NCBI GenBank assembly: GCA_951406725.2
Contig: OX597819.1
Coordinates: 125,674,001 to 125,738,000, forward strand
DNA from: Octopus vulgaris
Lineage: Eukaryota
DNA: 64,000 nt
Direction of reading: 5' to 3'
The notes below the pieces were generated by a model, which saw only the letters and a list, made by a program, of their open reading frames with translations, did no database searches and was not told the DNA's origin. Both the position numbers and the translations under genes were made by a program. Positions 39,131 through 53,289 of this stretch are shown one piece after another; position 1 is the first letter of the stretch, and each line of letters begins with the position of its first letter.

Positions 39131-39183
39131 GGGTCTGAAGAACGCTGTAAAGCGATTTATGGACGTGAAACCCAGGGTAACCC
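39131..39183 (+). ncRNA. Type I hammerhead ribozyme (right arm of twin palindrome)
   Basis: GGGU-CUGAAGA-ACG[CUGUAAA-GCGA-UUUAUGG]A-CGU-GAAA-CCCAGGGUA-ACCC. Predicted GUA cleavage after 39179. Confidence 0.82.
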
Positions 39184-39270
39184 CAAAGAAGGCCAAATTT
39201 ATCTTTTCTGTCAGTCTGTCCGTCTGTATGTCCATCTATCTGTCCGTCCGTCTGTCTGTCTGTCTGTCTG

Positions 39271-39361
<91 letters not shown>

Positions 39362-39441
39362 GTGTGTGTGTGTGTTTGTCCCTTTCTACTGCTTGACAGC
39401 CATATACATATATATTCTCTCATATACCGACATACAGGGTA

Positions 39442-39507
<66 letters not shown>

Positions 39508-40087
39508 CAATATCTGTCCATATATGCATACATATACTCTTCCTACGTACAATCTTACTACTTTTACTGTTTATATCAATACTAAAATATGTTGAAGTGA
39601 AAGGGAGGTAATCGTTTGCCACTACACACATTTTTTTCTCTCCTTGAATTTTCTATGTCCCTTTCTGTAGAAGAGCGTAGGCTCGAAACGTAACAGACTT
39701 TTTATATTCCTGAGTGTTATACTAATATATCTGTTTATTTTGTACACCACCTGTCTTCGTATTTGTTTTTCGTAAACTCTACCTGCTAACTTATTTTCCG
39801 AATTGCTTTAAGAAAAGATAAATAACAGTTTATACAAGATGTTAATGATATTATCTCAAAAATCTACTACGAGTGTAAAAATGCGTCGAAACAATTATAG
39901 TGCATTTAAGAAAAAATTCATTTTCAATCTATTTAATATCATTTATCTATTTATATAAACTCTACAGATATTATTGAATTCCTGATGTATATCCGGTAGC
40001 AAGAGCATTTCCACTGCATCATGATATCAGGCAGTCAATAGCTGTGATGAGTTTTGCATAGCAAACTACAAGGTTTTCCCCGAATCT

Positions 40088-40121
<34 letters not shown>

Positions 40122-40249
40122 TATATGAGCGATTTTACTATTAAAGTACCATCACTAGTGGCAAGCGAATACCAACCGTACAGGCAAATTAATAAAATAT
40201 ATACATACAATATAAGATATCTGCGTATATATGTGTGTATATATATATA

Positions 40250-41314
40250 TATAAATTAGAGATAAAATCACTATTATGCAACTCAAACATTGATAGGCAT
40301 AAACCAACACATAAAAAACGAATAATACATATTTTTATAAAACATATAACTAGATCTTAAAAAGTATAAAAATGAACGATCAATACATAATAAGTAAAAA
40401 TCTACGCACGTTTCATGGCTACAATTAAATTCGAATTACGATTAAGTTTAACTTCAATTGAAATAAATTCGATTTAAAATTATAGTCAACCTTCAGGTTA
40501 ATGATAATAGTTAAATAAATAAGCAAATAGAGTTAAACAATATTTATTTAATAAATAAATAAAATAATAATTTTTCTTATAGAAAAAAACTCCATTAACT
40601 AAATTCGAAACTTAAAACATTAGGATTATTTCCTACAATACATTTATGATGTTAAATATTCAATTTTCAAGGTAAAAAAATAGATAGAAATATGTATTTA
40701 TATAATTTGGCTTAAAAATAACATAATAAACTACCGAATATCTTTAACTCAGTTATACTCCAATATTTAATTACCAAATTATTTTAACAAAATAATCACT
40801 ATTAATATTTTTATATTTAAGTTCACATCTAATAATTATAAAATAATAAATACATAAAAATAAGTATCTAAATTATAATCAACAAATATAGTAATTAAAA
40901 ATCTAAAATTTTTCTATCAATAAATATATATAAACATACAACCAAAAATAAATGAGTCCATTTTTATTTACATAAATATTATAGATATCTATAGAAAATA
41001 TTTATGAAATACAATTTAAAAATTGAAAATTCAAATTAAAAACGTATAACCAATCTTTAAAAAAATCTTATTACTATTATCATCATTATCGAAAACATTT
41101 TTACGATCTATATACCACAGTGACTAACTAATATCTTGAAATTTACGTTCAGTTATAATTATTATATACTAATAATAATTGAATAAATGTACATATCTAA
41201 ATTCTCATTAACAACTAAAATAATTATAAATTCAAATTTAACAATCAATAGTTATATAAAATACAATAAAATTTCTTAAATAAAAAAGTTTACTTAACTC
41301 TCGAAAAGCGTGCC
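40250..41314 (-). mobile_element. Very AT-rich Penelope-like terminal repeat with a degenerate long-stem-II hammerhead (~40399-40500)
   Basis: CUGAAGG-(UGACUAUAAUU...AAUUGUAGCCA)U-GAAA-CGUGCGUA. The (TA)n-adjacent terminus resembles 51835-51905 (inverted) and ~25204-25225. Confidence 0.5.
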
Positions 41315-41315
41315 A

Positions 41316-41338
41316 TCTCTCTATATATAAAACTGAGA

Positions 41339-41373
<35 letters not shown>

Positions 41374-41900
41374 TGTCTGTGTGTTTCCCTAAAACTTGAG
41401 AACTACACAACCAATTTCATTCAAATTTTACACATGCCTTACTTAGGGTCCGGGGAGCGTCATCGGCAAAAACTATTTAAAACTTTTTGCCTAGGGCGAG
41501 CCCACAGCAATATCATATCTTCTCCACTACGATTCCCTAAAACTCGAGAACTACACAACCAATTTCATTCAAATTTTACACATGCCTTACTTAGGGTCCA
41601 TGTAGTTTCATGGGCAAAAAAGTTCAACTTCTTGCCTAGGGCGAGCCCACAGCAATATCATATCTTCTCCACTACGATTCCCTAAAACTTGAGAACTACA
41701 CAACCAATTTCATTCAAATTTTACACATGCCTTACTTAGGGTCCATGTAGTTTCATGGGCAAAAACGTTCAACTTCTTGCCTAGGGCGAGCCCATAGCAA
41801 TATCATATCTTCTCCACTATTTCAGTATTACGTGTTAAAAGTGAAACAAAAACATTTCTCTATTTTATGTCAGATACTTTCACTTTAACAATAAAAATTA
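41316..41900 (+). mobile_element. Helitron-like 5' end with three ~146-bp tandem repeats (41385-41819)
   Basis: A|TCTCTCTATATATAAAA then (GT)n, as in the element at 5035-5432. Repeat starts at 41385, 41533 and 41678. No 3' CTAG end found. Confidence 0.65.
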
Positions 41901-42666
41901 GAGATAATAATAACAATTGAATTATATGTAGAGTAAGTAATAATTAAAATCAAACTAAAGTTTAATATAATCGTAATAAAGCAAAAGTAAAAATAGCAAT
42001 TTGTATTTGGTATGCAGTCTTTCAATGAAGTGTCCAACACATCTACGAATCTTTTACGAATCAACAATGCACTCCCCATCAATAAGTCAGAATAGAAAAT
42101 AGACTTAGCAAGACATTCAAATGACATGTTGAGTACAAAGCAGTTGGATTTGAAGAAAAGACTGCTGGTGTTAACACGTCTGAGAGCCACTCTATTAGGA
42201 ATTTTATTCTACTTTCTGAGGTAAGACACGTGGAACTGATCATAACAGTAGTGCCCTTTTTCCGACGAAAGGTACATAAGCTTTTTGCATAAGAATGCAA
42301 ATGATAAGGTGATTCAGGTACATTCTTGTAAAGATTTTTCCAATATTCAACAAGAGGAATCACCTATGTATCACCTTTGTTCTGAGACAAGTAAATAACT
42401 GTAGCATTATTTAAACTCTTGAGGAATGGCTCCACATTAAAAAAAAATAGTTCATAGGTTGATTGTTAGTTAAATTGAAATTTATAAGCAGGAGACACTC
42501 TGAGGGTAAGCAGTTGTCAGGTGTGAGTGGTGAATATTAAGCCATAAGTATTGTTTCAAAATGTTTTTTCTGAACCCATCTCTGAGTGGCTAAACAAAAC
42601 GACATCATACTTCAATCCTGATGGCACGGTGAGTAGTTGGACTTCTCTAAAAAAGATTCCATTCTT

Positions 42667-42890
<224 letters not shown>

Positions 42891-43513
42891 TATTATATTG
42901 TGTCCGGGGAGAGTCATTCTCTTTTAGTCCTTATAATTTAACACACTCACCGGTAAAATTATAAGGCACTAAAAGAGAATGACTCTCCTCACACACAACA
43001 AAATATGCTTCAATATACGAACACACATAAAGAATCTTGCAAACCAAATCCCAAAACGAAATATATACGCATACATATATGGATTTTTCAGAAAACTGGG
43101 CGTCTGTTTAATGGACACAACTTAAGGGTTTCTTTCCGTTTTGCCCCCAGCATAAAAAAAATATTAGTGCGCACGCCTGAACCAACCGCAGAGGCTGGAT
43201 GCTTTTACATTACAGAGTTGACACTGAGACCCAGTGTGTGTGTGTGTGTGTGTGTGTGTGTAGTGGGGTGCAACTGCAAAAATGTGCACGAGGTCGAGGT
43301 GGTGACAGGAGCTGGTAATTGCAAAGGCAGTATGGAAGCAACAACAGCAACTGCAACAGCAATACACCCACCGATAACAACTACAAGGACAGCGACGCCA
43401 GCTGTAGTAGCAGCAATTACACCGGCAGCGTATCAAGCAGCAGTGGCAGCTACGGTAGTAATAACAACAGCTACAACAGCTTCAACAATGCCTCAGGCAT
43501 AGGCAGCAACAGA

Positions 43514-43885
43514 AGTGGAGGCGCAATGGCCCAGTGGTTAGGGCAGCGGACTCGCGGTCGGAGGATCGCGGTTTCGATTCCCAGACCGGGCGTTGTGTGT
43601 GTTTATTGAGCGAAAACACCTAAAGCTCCACGAGGCTCTGGCAGAGGGTGGTGGCGACCCCTTTTGTACTCTTTCGCCCCAACTTTCTCTCACTCTTTCT
43701 TCCTGTTTCTTGTCCCCGACTTCCTACGCAACCGCTGACAGCCTGGATGTGCATTCATCCATCCGTCGATGCTCTCAGTGTCAGGGGTTTGACCTGCTTT
43801 CTCTTCTGCGGGTCTTACGAATAGCAAAGGACCACGTTTCGGAATTCTCCCATCTTGCGAGCTCTGGGACGAAGACCGTTCGCTC
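43514..43885 (+). mobile_element. SINE family B head and body with a different 3' extension
   Basis: Matches family B to ~43705, then continues in unrelated sequence ending at (CAA/CAG)n. Confidence 0.7.
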
Positions 43886-44594
43886 AACAGCAACAGCAAC
43901 AGCAGCAACAGAGACCTTGTTGGCAACAACTGAGTTACCAGTATCACGTGGAGCAATAACAGCAACAAAAGCAGCGATACCAGCAGCAGCACCAACGGCA
44001 GCAGCAACAAGAACAGCAACACCAGCAATGGGTTCGGCGTGACAATTACATCGGCAGCGATAACAGAGGCAACAGAAGCAGCGGTAACACCACCAGCACA
44101 AGGGCACCGACGCGGAAATACGTCTGACTTACTGGCGGCCCTTTCAAGCACCGCCTTAGTAATTACAGGCCCTCCTTTAGGGTACTAGACAGGTACAAAG
44201 CAAGAATCCTGAAAAACTCACTTGACCCAGTATCCTTTTTAAGCTAAAAAAAAAAAGAGATATTTAGCCAGAGCCCTAACTAGAGGAAATTCTTGTTAGA
44301 AACATGGAATTCCCCACTTGGCGACTAGGGAAATGCTGTTATCATCAGCCATCTTCGGCACAACTGGAATCAATCGAAGGGGGATAACTCCACCTCACTC
44401 AAGGTTTGTCAGTAGAGTTTCGTTCCGGAAAATGTTTTTGTTTACAGAATTAACTGACCATGACGTTAATCTTCCTCAAGTTATAGAAAGGTTATGGGCC
44501 TCCACTCCCTGACCGGCCACAACATACAACCTTACGCACACAGGCGTGCGCACACACACACCACGCACACACACACACAGACACACACATATCA

Positions 44595-44845
44595 CATCAT
44601 CACGTGAGCAACCAGACTATCGGATGTTGTTACACAACGCTGGTCACAATGCACTATGCATCATTTTAGACTTCGAAATGACGCAACCTCGCTGACTTGA
44701 GGAGCAGGCCAATATTTCTTCTCCACTCCCTGATTGAAAGGGGACTGGAGCGAAGTAAAATAATGTTTTGCTCAAGAAAACAAAGCGCCGCTCGGTCAGG
44801 GAATCGAACCCGCAATCTAGCGACCGTGAGTGCGACAACCTAACA
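44595..44845 (-). mobile_element. Diverged family-B-related SINE
   Basis: Tail type 1 similarity (GACCAGCG..GTAACAACATC) and a B box. Confidence 0.6.
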
Positions 44846-44982
44846 ATTATTTGTCAGTAGTAACAAGGATTACAAACCCTTGCCTCAAGAGCACATGCAG
44901 TCAACCTTGTACGTGTTTTTGGAAAACAAAACATACTCTCTATGTGTGTGTGTGTATGCATAAAGGTATATATATATATATC

Positions 44983-45071
<89 letters not shown>

Positions 45072-45758
45072 ACAGACAACACACACACACACACACATAT
45101 GCATGTGTGAGTTGTGTATTTGTGTACGGGTCGAGAAGAAATCTGAAATCATAACGTAACGCGTACATATATTCACGCACCTATATGGATGTTTGCGTCA
45201 GTGTGTGTCTGTATCTGTGTGTGTGTCTGTCTGTGTCAGTGTGTGTCAGTGTGTTTGCATGTATATCTATGTAGGAGGACGGTGGGCATGATTGTGAATT
45301 TTTTGTGACTATAGAAGCGTATATCTGCACATATACATAATAACATAGATGCACTCACGTGTATTGTATATTCGTGAGCTGCTGGTTCATTACGAAGATA
45401 TTCACCTTTGAAAAAAAAAAAAGTGCTGCAGAGAAGACCACTTTGCTAGTTGAAAGTTACTGCCTACTAATCGCGTAGTATTTTCTCGCCTATTGACGCA
45501 ATACTTTAGTTTAATCATCGGTGCGTACAGTGGAACAATTAACCCAAGTTTCTTTTTTGTCTTTTTTTTTGTTTTAGATCTCGAAGAACAGCGGCAACAA
45601 CAGACGCGACAAATACATCAAAACGCTAGAAGACACACCTATATATACATGCCTGCCTGCATATGTATATACATACACACACACACACTCATATATATAT
45701 GTACGTATGAATTTATGTGTGTATGTTTATATATATATATATATACAGATATGCACAC

Positions 45759-45815
<57 letters not shown>

Positions 45816-45947
45816 CATATATATATATATATATACACACACACATATATATATGCATGTACGTATGTATTTATGTGTGCATATTTATATATGTATATAT
45901 ATATATATACATATATATATATGTATATATATATACATATATGCACA

Positions 45948-46007
<60 letters not shown>

Positions 46008-46384
46008 ATATATATATTTGTGTGTGTGTGTTTGTATATATGTATATATATGTATATTTCTACATCTGTTAGGAATTGATATATTCGCGAATTTCGATTC
46101 ATCAAGATATTTTAATATTCATCGCATTCTTGTAATTAGACAACCGATTGATAGCTGTTTAGATAAAAGAATATAAATATAAATTAAAAGCAAAAAAAAA
46201 ATTCTTCCCATCTCAGAAGGCTTTGTTATTTCTTTATTGCTTTTCTTCATACTCCGTTTTTTTTTATGTTTTAAATTAGAAGTTATTCGTTGATATCTAT
46301 TAAGTTAGCCGCGCCCACCCACTTTTATTTTACAAGTGTTTATCATGATAAAGACTACTCTGTAGAAATCCATTTTTTGTTTTT

Positions 46385-47100
46385 ATGTATGTATGTATGT
46401 ATGTATGTATGTATGTATGTATGTATGTATGTATGCATGCATGTATGTATGTATGTATGTATGTATGTATGTATGTATGTATGTATGCATGTATGTATGT
46501 ATGTATGTATGTATGCATGTATGCATGTATGTATGTATGTATGTATGTATGTATGTATGTATGTATGCATGCATGTATGTATGTATGTATGTATGTATGT
46601 ATGTATGTATGTATGCATGTATGTATGTATGTATGTATGTATGTATGTATGTATGTATGTATGCATGCATGTATGTATGTATGTATGCATGCATGTATGT
46701 ATGTATGTATGTATGTATGTATGTATGTATGTATGTATGTATGTATGTATGTATGTATGTATGTATGTATGTATGCATGTATGCATGTATGTATGTATGT
46801 ATGTATGTATGCATGCATGTATGTATGTATGTATGTATGTATGTATGTATGTATGTATGTATGTATGTATGTATGTATGTATGTATGTATGTATGCATGT
46901 ATGTATGTATGTATGTATGTATGTATGTATGTATGCATGCATGTGTGTATGTATGTATGTATGTATGTATGCATGTATGCATGCATGTATGCATGCATGC
47001 ATGTATGCATGTATGTATGTATGTATGCATGTATGTATGCATGCATGCATGCATGTATGTATGTATGTATGTATGTATGCATGTATGTATGCATGCATGT
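46385..47100. repeat. ~715-bp (TATG/CATG)n microsatellite
   Basis: Direct reading. Source of the 220-326 aa ORFs in all six frames. Confidence 0.98.
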
Positions 47101-47223
47101 GTGTGTGTTTGTTTGTTTGTTTTCCAGTTTCAGCTCTTGAGCTGTGGCCATGCTGGGGCACCGCCATGTATGTATGTATTATGTACGCATGCATGTATGC
47201 ATGTGTGTGTGTAAGTGTGTGTG

Positions 47224-47272
<49 letters not shown>

Positions 47273-47713
47273 ATAAAACGATACAAAGAAGAAATATTCA
47301 AATAATTTTCTGCAAGGGAAAAATCAAACAACAAAAAGAAGACTTGTAGTTCAGTATTCAAAATTTGCAAAGAAATTACCAAATTTCATACGTCACAGAA
47401 GAAGTCATCATTGTTAGAGTCTGTAAGGAATTAGAGCTACTAATCGAATAATCACACTGGTTCGCGTCAGGTCAATGGTGCTTTATCTGTGGCGGAAGTT
47501 TATCACCATACTTTTTTTTTCATTAGTAGCAAATCTTTTTTATTATTATCTCCATAGAGTGGTGATAACAAAAACTCGATATGAATAGCTCTCCCTTGGT
47601 CCGTTTACATAGCCGATTCTATGATACAGAGAAGAGGTGGAGGGAATAATCGACTCCAGTACTTGGCTGGTATTTTACTTTCATCACCCTCGAAAGGATG
47701 AAAAAGAAAGCTG

Positions 47714-48000
47714 GGATCTTTTCGCTTTGACCGGCAGATTTTAAAAATAATTTAAAAATAATTGTTGTTGACACACTACGGCAGCAATTGAATTCACCTC
47801 AATAGACGTCATTGATTGGTTGAAATTTCCGAAATGCAACAAGAAATTAAACAACAAAAGCTTACAAACTATAGAATTTTCTCAAGAAAGTCAAGAGAAA
47901 AAGATGTTTCACAAACACATTCTATCGGTATACGAAGTTTAAAAGTGTTTAGTTACAAAGGAATTATTTTAAAAATCTGCCGGTCAAAATGAAAAGATCC
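47714..48000. mobile_element. Shorter relative of the Merlin-like MITE, without telomere repeats, nested in an old SINE
   Basis: ~38-bp TIRs starting GGATCTTTTC. TSD GAAAGCTG (47706-47713, 48001-48008). Body matches ~325-531. Confidence 0.88.
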
Positions 48001-48444
48001 GAAAGCTGACTCCAGCGAGATTTGAATTCTGAATGTAGAGATTTGAAACAAATACTGCTAAATATCTTTTTAGAAGCATTAGCCGTCCTGCCAGTTTGCT
48101 TCCTTCGTAAATTTATAACATAGAGGCAAATATAGCTACTTTTGTAGGAACACACACCATACTATTGTCAGTTTTCAATGTTGGTTTCAAACGCTAAGTT
48201 GAGAGGCGACTGGCTGATTTTGATTCATTATTAGTTTGACTAGGAGTAGAGGCTGTGTCTTGGTCGTCAAAGAGCTTACCAGGTCGATGAAATTGATGCC
48301 GTTAACTTTTCGCAGAACCTATTCCAAGTCGATGATAGCGGGCAAAATATGCTCAAACCTCTTGTCCTCAGAAGCTGGAATACGACTAAGTAATTCAATG
48401 TGATTCAGCAGACAGGCTTTTTTCTTTATGCAGTCCAGTATACC

Positions 48445-48838
48445 TCTTTCTTTACTATCCACAAGGGGCTAAACACAGAGGGGACAAACAAGGACAGACA
48501 AAAGGATTAAGTCGATTACATCGACCCCCAGTGCGTAACTGGTACTTATTTAATCGAACCCGAAAGGATGAAAGGCAAAGTCGACCTCGGTGGAATTTGA
48601 ACTCAGAACGTAGCGGCAGACGAAATACCCATTCCTTTACCACCCACAAGGGGACAAACAAGGACAGACAAACGGATTAAGTCGATTATATCGACCACAG
48701 TGCGTAACTGGTACTTATTTAATCTACCCCGAAAGAATGAAAGGCAAAGTCGACCTCGGCGGAATTTGAACTCAGAACGTAGCGGCAGACGAAATACCGC
48801 TTAGCATTTCGCCCGGCGTGATAATGTTTCTGCCAGTA
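48445..48838 (-). mobile_element. SINE family A dimer
   Basis: Head plus two units. Confidence 0.88.
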
Positions 48839-50797
48839 GCAGTACTGCCCTTAATCTATTGAAGATGAATACATTCTTGTATTTGAATGACTTAGTCAAA
48901 TGAGGAGGAAGGACAACACTCATCACCATAGCAAGATCTTCAATATTGGTGCTCGGAAATAGGAGGAAACAGCGATTATCTGCTGCGGTAGGAAGCAGCA
49001 AATCAAGATATTTGATTATTCCTAGTCTATCAACCTGGCCGCAATGGGTGCAATGAAGTGGACTCTGCTAAAAACAGTCCAAAGCCAAACTTGCAGTGTT
49101 AAACCTGACAATTGATTAGGTCTAACATCTTAGAACCTGTGCAATCTTCGGTAGAGTTCCTGTTTGCTCAGTTAGACACGAGTTAGCTCGAGGCTATGTA
49201 AGAGTTGCTTCCCCAAGATACTGCGCCAGGATCGAAAGCGGAACTACACAATTGAGAAGCGAACATCGTAACTACACAAAAATTCACTGGCGATGCCATT
49301 GTGATCCAATGTATTATGGGTGTACATCCGAAAACCTACTAATAATAAACAGAAAGCAATGATAGAAAACCAAGTCTTAGATATTCGATGTTACCTTAAG
49401 TTATCAAGAATCAACAATCTTCAGTCGAATTAATGAATTGAGTAGAAAAGGTTAAATGTCGAACAAAACGTCTGCGGTATTTAACCATGAATCTTTACGT
49501 TGTAAGTTAAAACCCAGCTGATTGCCAATTTGCTTTTCATCCTCCCAATAAAATAAAATACCAACCATGTACTGCGGTCAATATAATATTCTCAATAATC
49601 GTTAAAGAAGGCCGAGGAATTTCACTTATCTCACATTGAACATCTTTTCTACTTCCTGTTTATAAAGTATCATTTTTTAAATTATTTGTTTCCATTCCAT
49701 ATTGTACATCATATCACCCTGTCATTGGACAGTTCCAGTTGTATATCAGATATGAAGTGAGGTTGCTAGCCCCCACCAAATCCTTCTCAATTTCTAATAA
49801 AAGAGATGCTGAAATTTATCTTCCATGACATTTCTTTCAGCACAATCATAACCAGTTCAGAGAAAATAAGAAACAGGAAAGAAAATGGAACCAATATTTC
49901 ACTGGTACATGATTTCTCGATCCAAGAAAGTCGAATGGAAAATTCATTTCAGCGGTATTTGACGTTAAAGCGTAGAAAGCCAAAGCAAATAAAGATGTGT
50001 ATTTCATTCGATACTCTAACGACACGACTTTGCCAAATCACTGCTGTGAAATATGAAATCTAATGGTTGATAAATCCGAAAAGAATCCTGAACAAAGCGC
50101 TAAATCCTTTGCCCGTCCATAAATCTGAGTTGAGCATCTCCCGAGTCAAATTTCCATTTATCCAGTCGGACTGATAAAAGTATTACCAGGTATCTACTTA
50201 TCCTTTGTGTTACAGCCAAAATAAATCAGTACTTTGGGTCTCTTAAAATATTCGAAACAGGAGGTGAAACAGCAGAGTCCGTAGAGCACCGGGTATAAAC
50301 CGGTGCAGTATTCGATCCAGCTCTTTGCGTTTTCATTTCATATCAACTTTGTCTTTCATCCTGTCAGATTCGATAAATACAGCGGTCAAGTAGTGAGACC
50401 ACTGATTTCTCTCCTTTTCTATACCCCCTCTCTCTGTGTCTCTCTCCCCCTCTCTGTTTCTGTCTCTCTCCCTCTCTGTTTCTATCTTTCTCCCTCCCTG
50501 TTTCTGGCACTCTCCCTCTCTGTTTCTGCCTCTCTCCCTCCCTGTTTCTGCCTCTTTCTCTCTCTCTCTCCCTCTCTGTTTCTGTCTCTATTTTACTCAG
50601 AAGGACTCTCCTAGCTATTCGATGTTTAAAAGAATCATATATTTTTGTAGTTCGATATTAAGAATTTAATAAAATAAATATTAAGATATTTTGTGTAATG
50701 TAGAAGTATGACCAATTTAACACACATTTTAATAACAAAATCTTATACGGATCCCCAAAGGTTATATAGACTCTGGTTCAGAACCACTGGTCTAGCA

Positions 50798-50982
50798 CAG
50801 TGCTCCGTAACCGGTATGCCGTGACACACTGGTGTGCCACGAGACGATGCTAGGTGTGCCACAGTGTAACCTGTATATAATTTTTCCCCTATACTTTTTG
50901 TTAGAATTTTAGTTCCGGTGCGCAACCGAATTTTGAAAAGAATATAAGGGTACTGCAAGGGAAAAAAGGGTGTGGAGATCTG
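50798..50982. mobile_element. hAT (Charlie-like) MITE
   Basis: CAG...CTG termini. TSD GTCTAGC(A/G) (50790-50797, 50983-50990). Abuts another hAT-like end GGTTCAGAACCACTG at 50775-50789. Confidence 0.65.
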
Positions 50983-51044
50983 GTCTAGCGGATTTAATAA
51001 CCGCAAAAATGTTACTACATTTGTTCTCATTTTAGTGGACCACC

Positions 51045-51266
51045 ATATCGAAGGAGAGGGGCTTTCTCCGTCCGGGTTGCGGATCCGTGGAATAAGCTGC
51101 CGGACGAGATAGTGAAGCTGCCGACGACCGCTCGGTTCAAAGTCTCTCTTGACTAGAAATGGCCTGAACTCTTTGCATGAACACCATCCCTGCACATAAC
51201 TCTATGTCCCCCTACATGGCTTTGCTTTTGCTTTTTGAGCCAAAAAATTAACTTAACTAACTTAAA
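51045..51266 (+). mobile_element. CR1-clade LINE 3' end
   Basis: RRRGAFSVRVADPWNKLPDEIVKLPTTARFKVSLD*, followed by a short AACTT-like repeat tail. Confidence 0.8.
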
Positions 51267-51903
51267 ACATTGGTTAGTTGAGCGAGTGAGTAAAAACATT
51301 GCTTAGTTGAGCTATGCTTTGGTTTGAGTTGCTAGAAACATCAGCTAAATAACTCTCAAGTCCACACCCTATCGTATTGGAGAAAAGAATGGCATGCCAT
51401 ATTAAGACATATGTTTGAAAGAAATAGTCACGACGAAAATGGCCTTGATCATATTTATGTGCGCTCCATTAGGTTGAGCTGGTGGTTAAACAACAACAAC
51501 AGCAATTTATAGGAAATATGCCGCACACACATGCACGCACATGTGGAGAAAGTGAATGAGAGAAAGAAGGAAGAAGAGATAGAGAGATAGAGAGATAGAG
51601 ATAGACAGATAGAAGTGCAGAAGCTTCTAAAGTCCTGAGGTCGATTTATTCGACTAAAATATCCCTTTCAGGTGGTGCTCCAGCATGACCGCCGCCAAAT
51701 CACTGAAACAAGTAAGATAATAAAAGAATATATACATATTTAAATTATCTAAATTATTTGAATTTTAACTTTAATTTAAATATTTTAATTTGGAATTTTA
51801 TATTTTTTATATTTTATATTTTTTTTAATTAATTTTATTTCTATGTATTGGCTTATGATTTTCACAGTTTGATTTGCCTAATAGTGGTTTTATCTCTAAT
51901 TTA

Positions 51904-51951
<48 letters not shown>

Positions 51952-52246
51952 GCTGGGAAATGAATGGACTGCCTGGTGTGTGTCTTGTGGCTACCCCTTC
52001 CTAAAAAAATGGGGAATAGGCCTGGGTATATATATATATAATAAATATATATATTTATGTAAACACATACATTATATACATAGTCACACACGCGCAAACA
52101 TATATATGTAAACACATACGTATATAGATACACACACTCATATGTATAGTATATGTATATTGTATGTCTTTATTCAATACACATTAAGGTAACAAATACA
52201 CACAGGTACACAGTTAAATAATAAAGAACCTCAGTTAGGCATCCAA

Positions 52247-52655
52247 GAGCTGGCAGAAACGTTAGCACTCCGGGCGAAATGCTTTGTGGTATTTCGTCCG
52301 CTGCTACGTTCTGAGTTCAAATTCCGCCGAGGTCGACTTTGCCATTCATCCTTTCGGGGTCGATAAATTAAGTACCAGTAACGCACTGGGGTCGATGTAA
52401 TCGACTTAATCCGTTTGTCTATCCTTGTTTGTCCCCTCTGTGTTTAGCCCCTTGTGGGTAGTAAAGAAATAGGTATTTCATCTGTCGTTACGTTCTGAGT
52501 TCAAATTCCGCCGAGGTCGACTTTGCCATTCATCCTTTCGGGATCGATTAAATAAGTACCAGTTACGCACTGGGGTCGATGTAATCGACTTAATCCGTTT
52601 GACTGTCCTTGTTTGTCCCCTGTGTTTAGTCCCTTGTGGGTAGTAAAGAAATAGG
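52247..52655 (+). mobile_element. SINE family A dimer
   Basis: Head plus two units, junction GAAATA|GGTATTTC. Confidence 0.9.
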
Positions 52656-53289
52656 TATATCCTCTGTTCATAATTCAGTTAGAGATATACTGTAGTTGTA
52701 CTGTGCTATTAGTGGTGATTGTTGTTGTGGTGGTGGTGGTGGTGGTCTTCGGAGAGGTTTCACAATTGCAATAGAATTGACCTGCAAACTTCTCCGCTGC
52801 TATACAAGCATACAACACTTGACGTAAACATACATATGTAAATAATAAATTTTATAGGAACCGAATTGACAGAACACGTGCAGTTTTCAGCCTATATATT
52901 ATAGATTATTGCTGCTGCATCGATTCGCGATTTTTATGAGTGGTCTCGATAGATGAGAAAATCTGCTATGAGAATCTGCTTAACAGGAAATGAAGAGTAG
53001 ATAAAAAAATATAGTAAGAATAGCGAAAAAAATTAATTTAAAAAAAAAAGCTATCCTGGCCTTGTTTAAGGAGGTTGAAACGTAACTTTCTCTTACAGTT
53101 ATGTTGTAGGTTTTTGACAAAATTTTTGGGTTGCTTTTAAAAAAATTTTTTTTTAATTCTCGACCTTGTTATTGTTAGATAAAGCAAGCAGACACACACG
53201 TGACCGCTGATCGTCACACATAAGTGGAAGAGGAGTAATTCATATTACTGATTCGGATTTTCAGTCTAGCAACATTTATGAGCAAAGTA

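Noticed and set aside
43005-44151. Ala/Thr-rich ORFs
   Set aside because: Built from (CAG/CAA)-rich low-complexity sequence and a SINE. No recognisable domain or splice support.
46290-47270. Long ORFs of 220-326 aa (also 13864-14811, 23922-24625, 45493-46176, 54531-55406)
   Set aside because: Translations of (TATG)n, (TA)n, (CTAT)n or trinucleotide arrays that lack stop codons; not genes.
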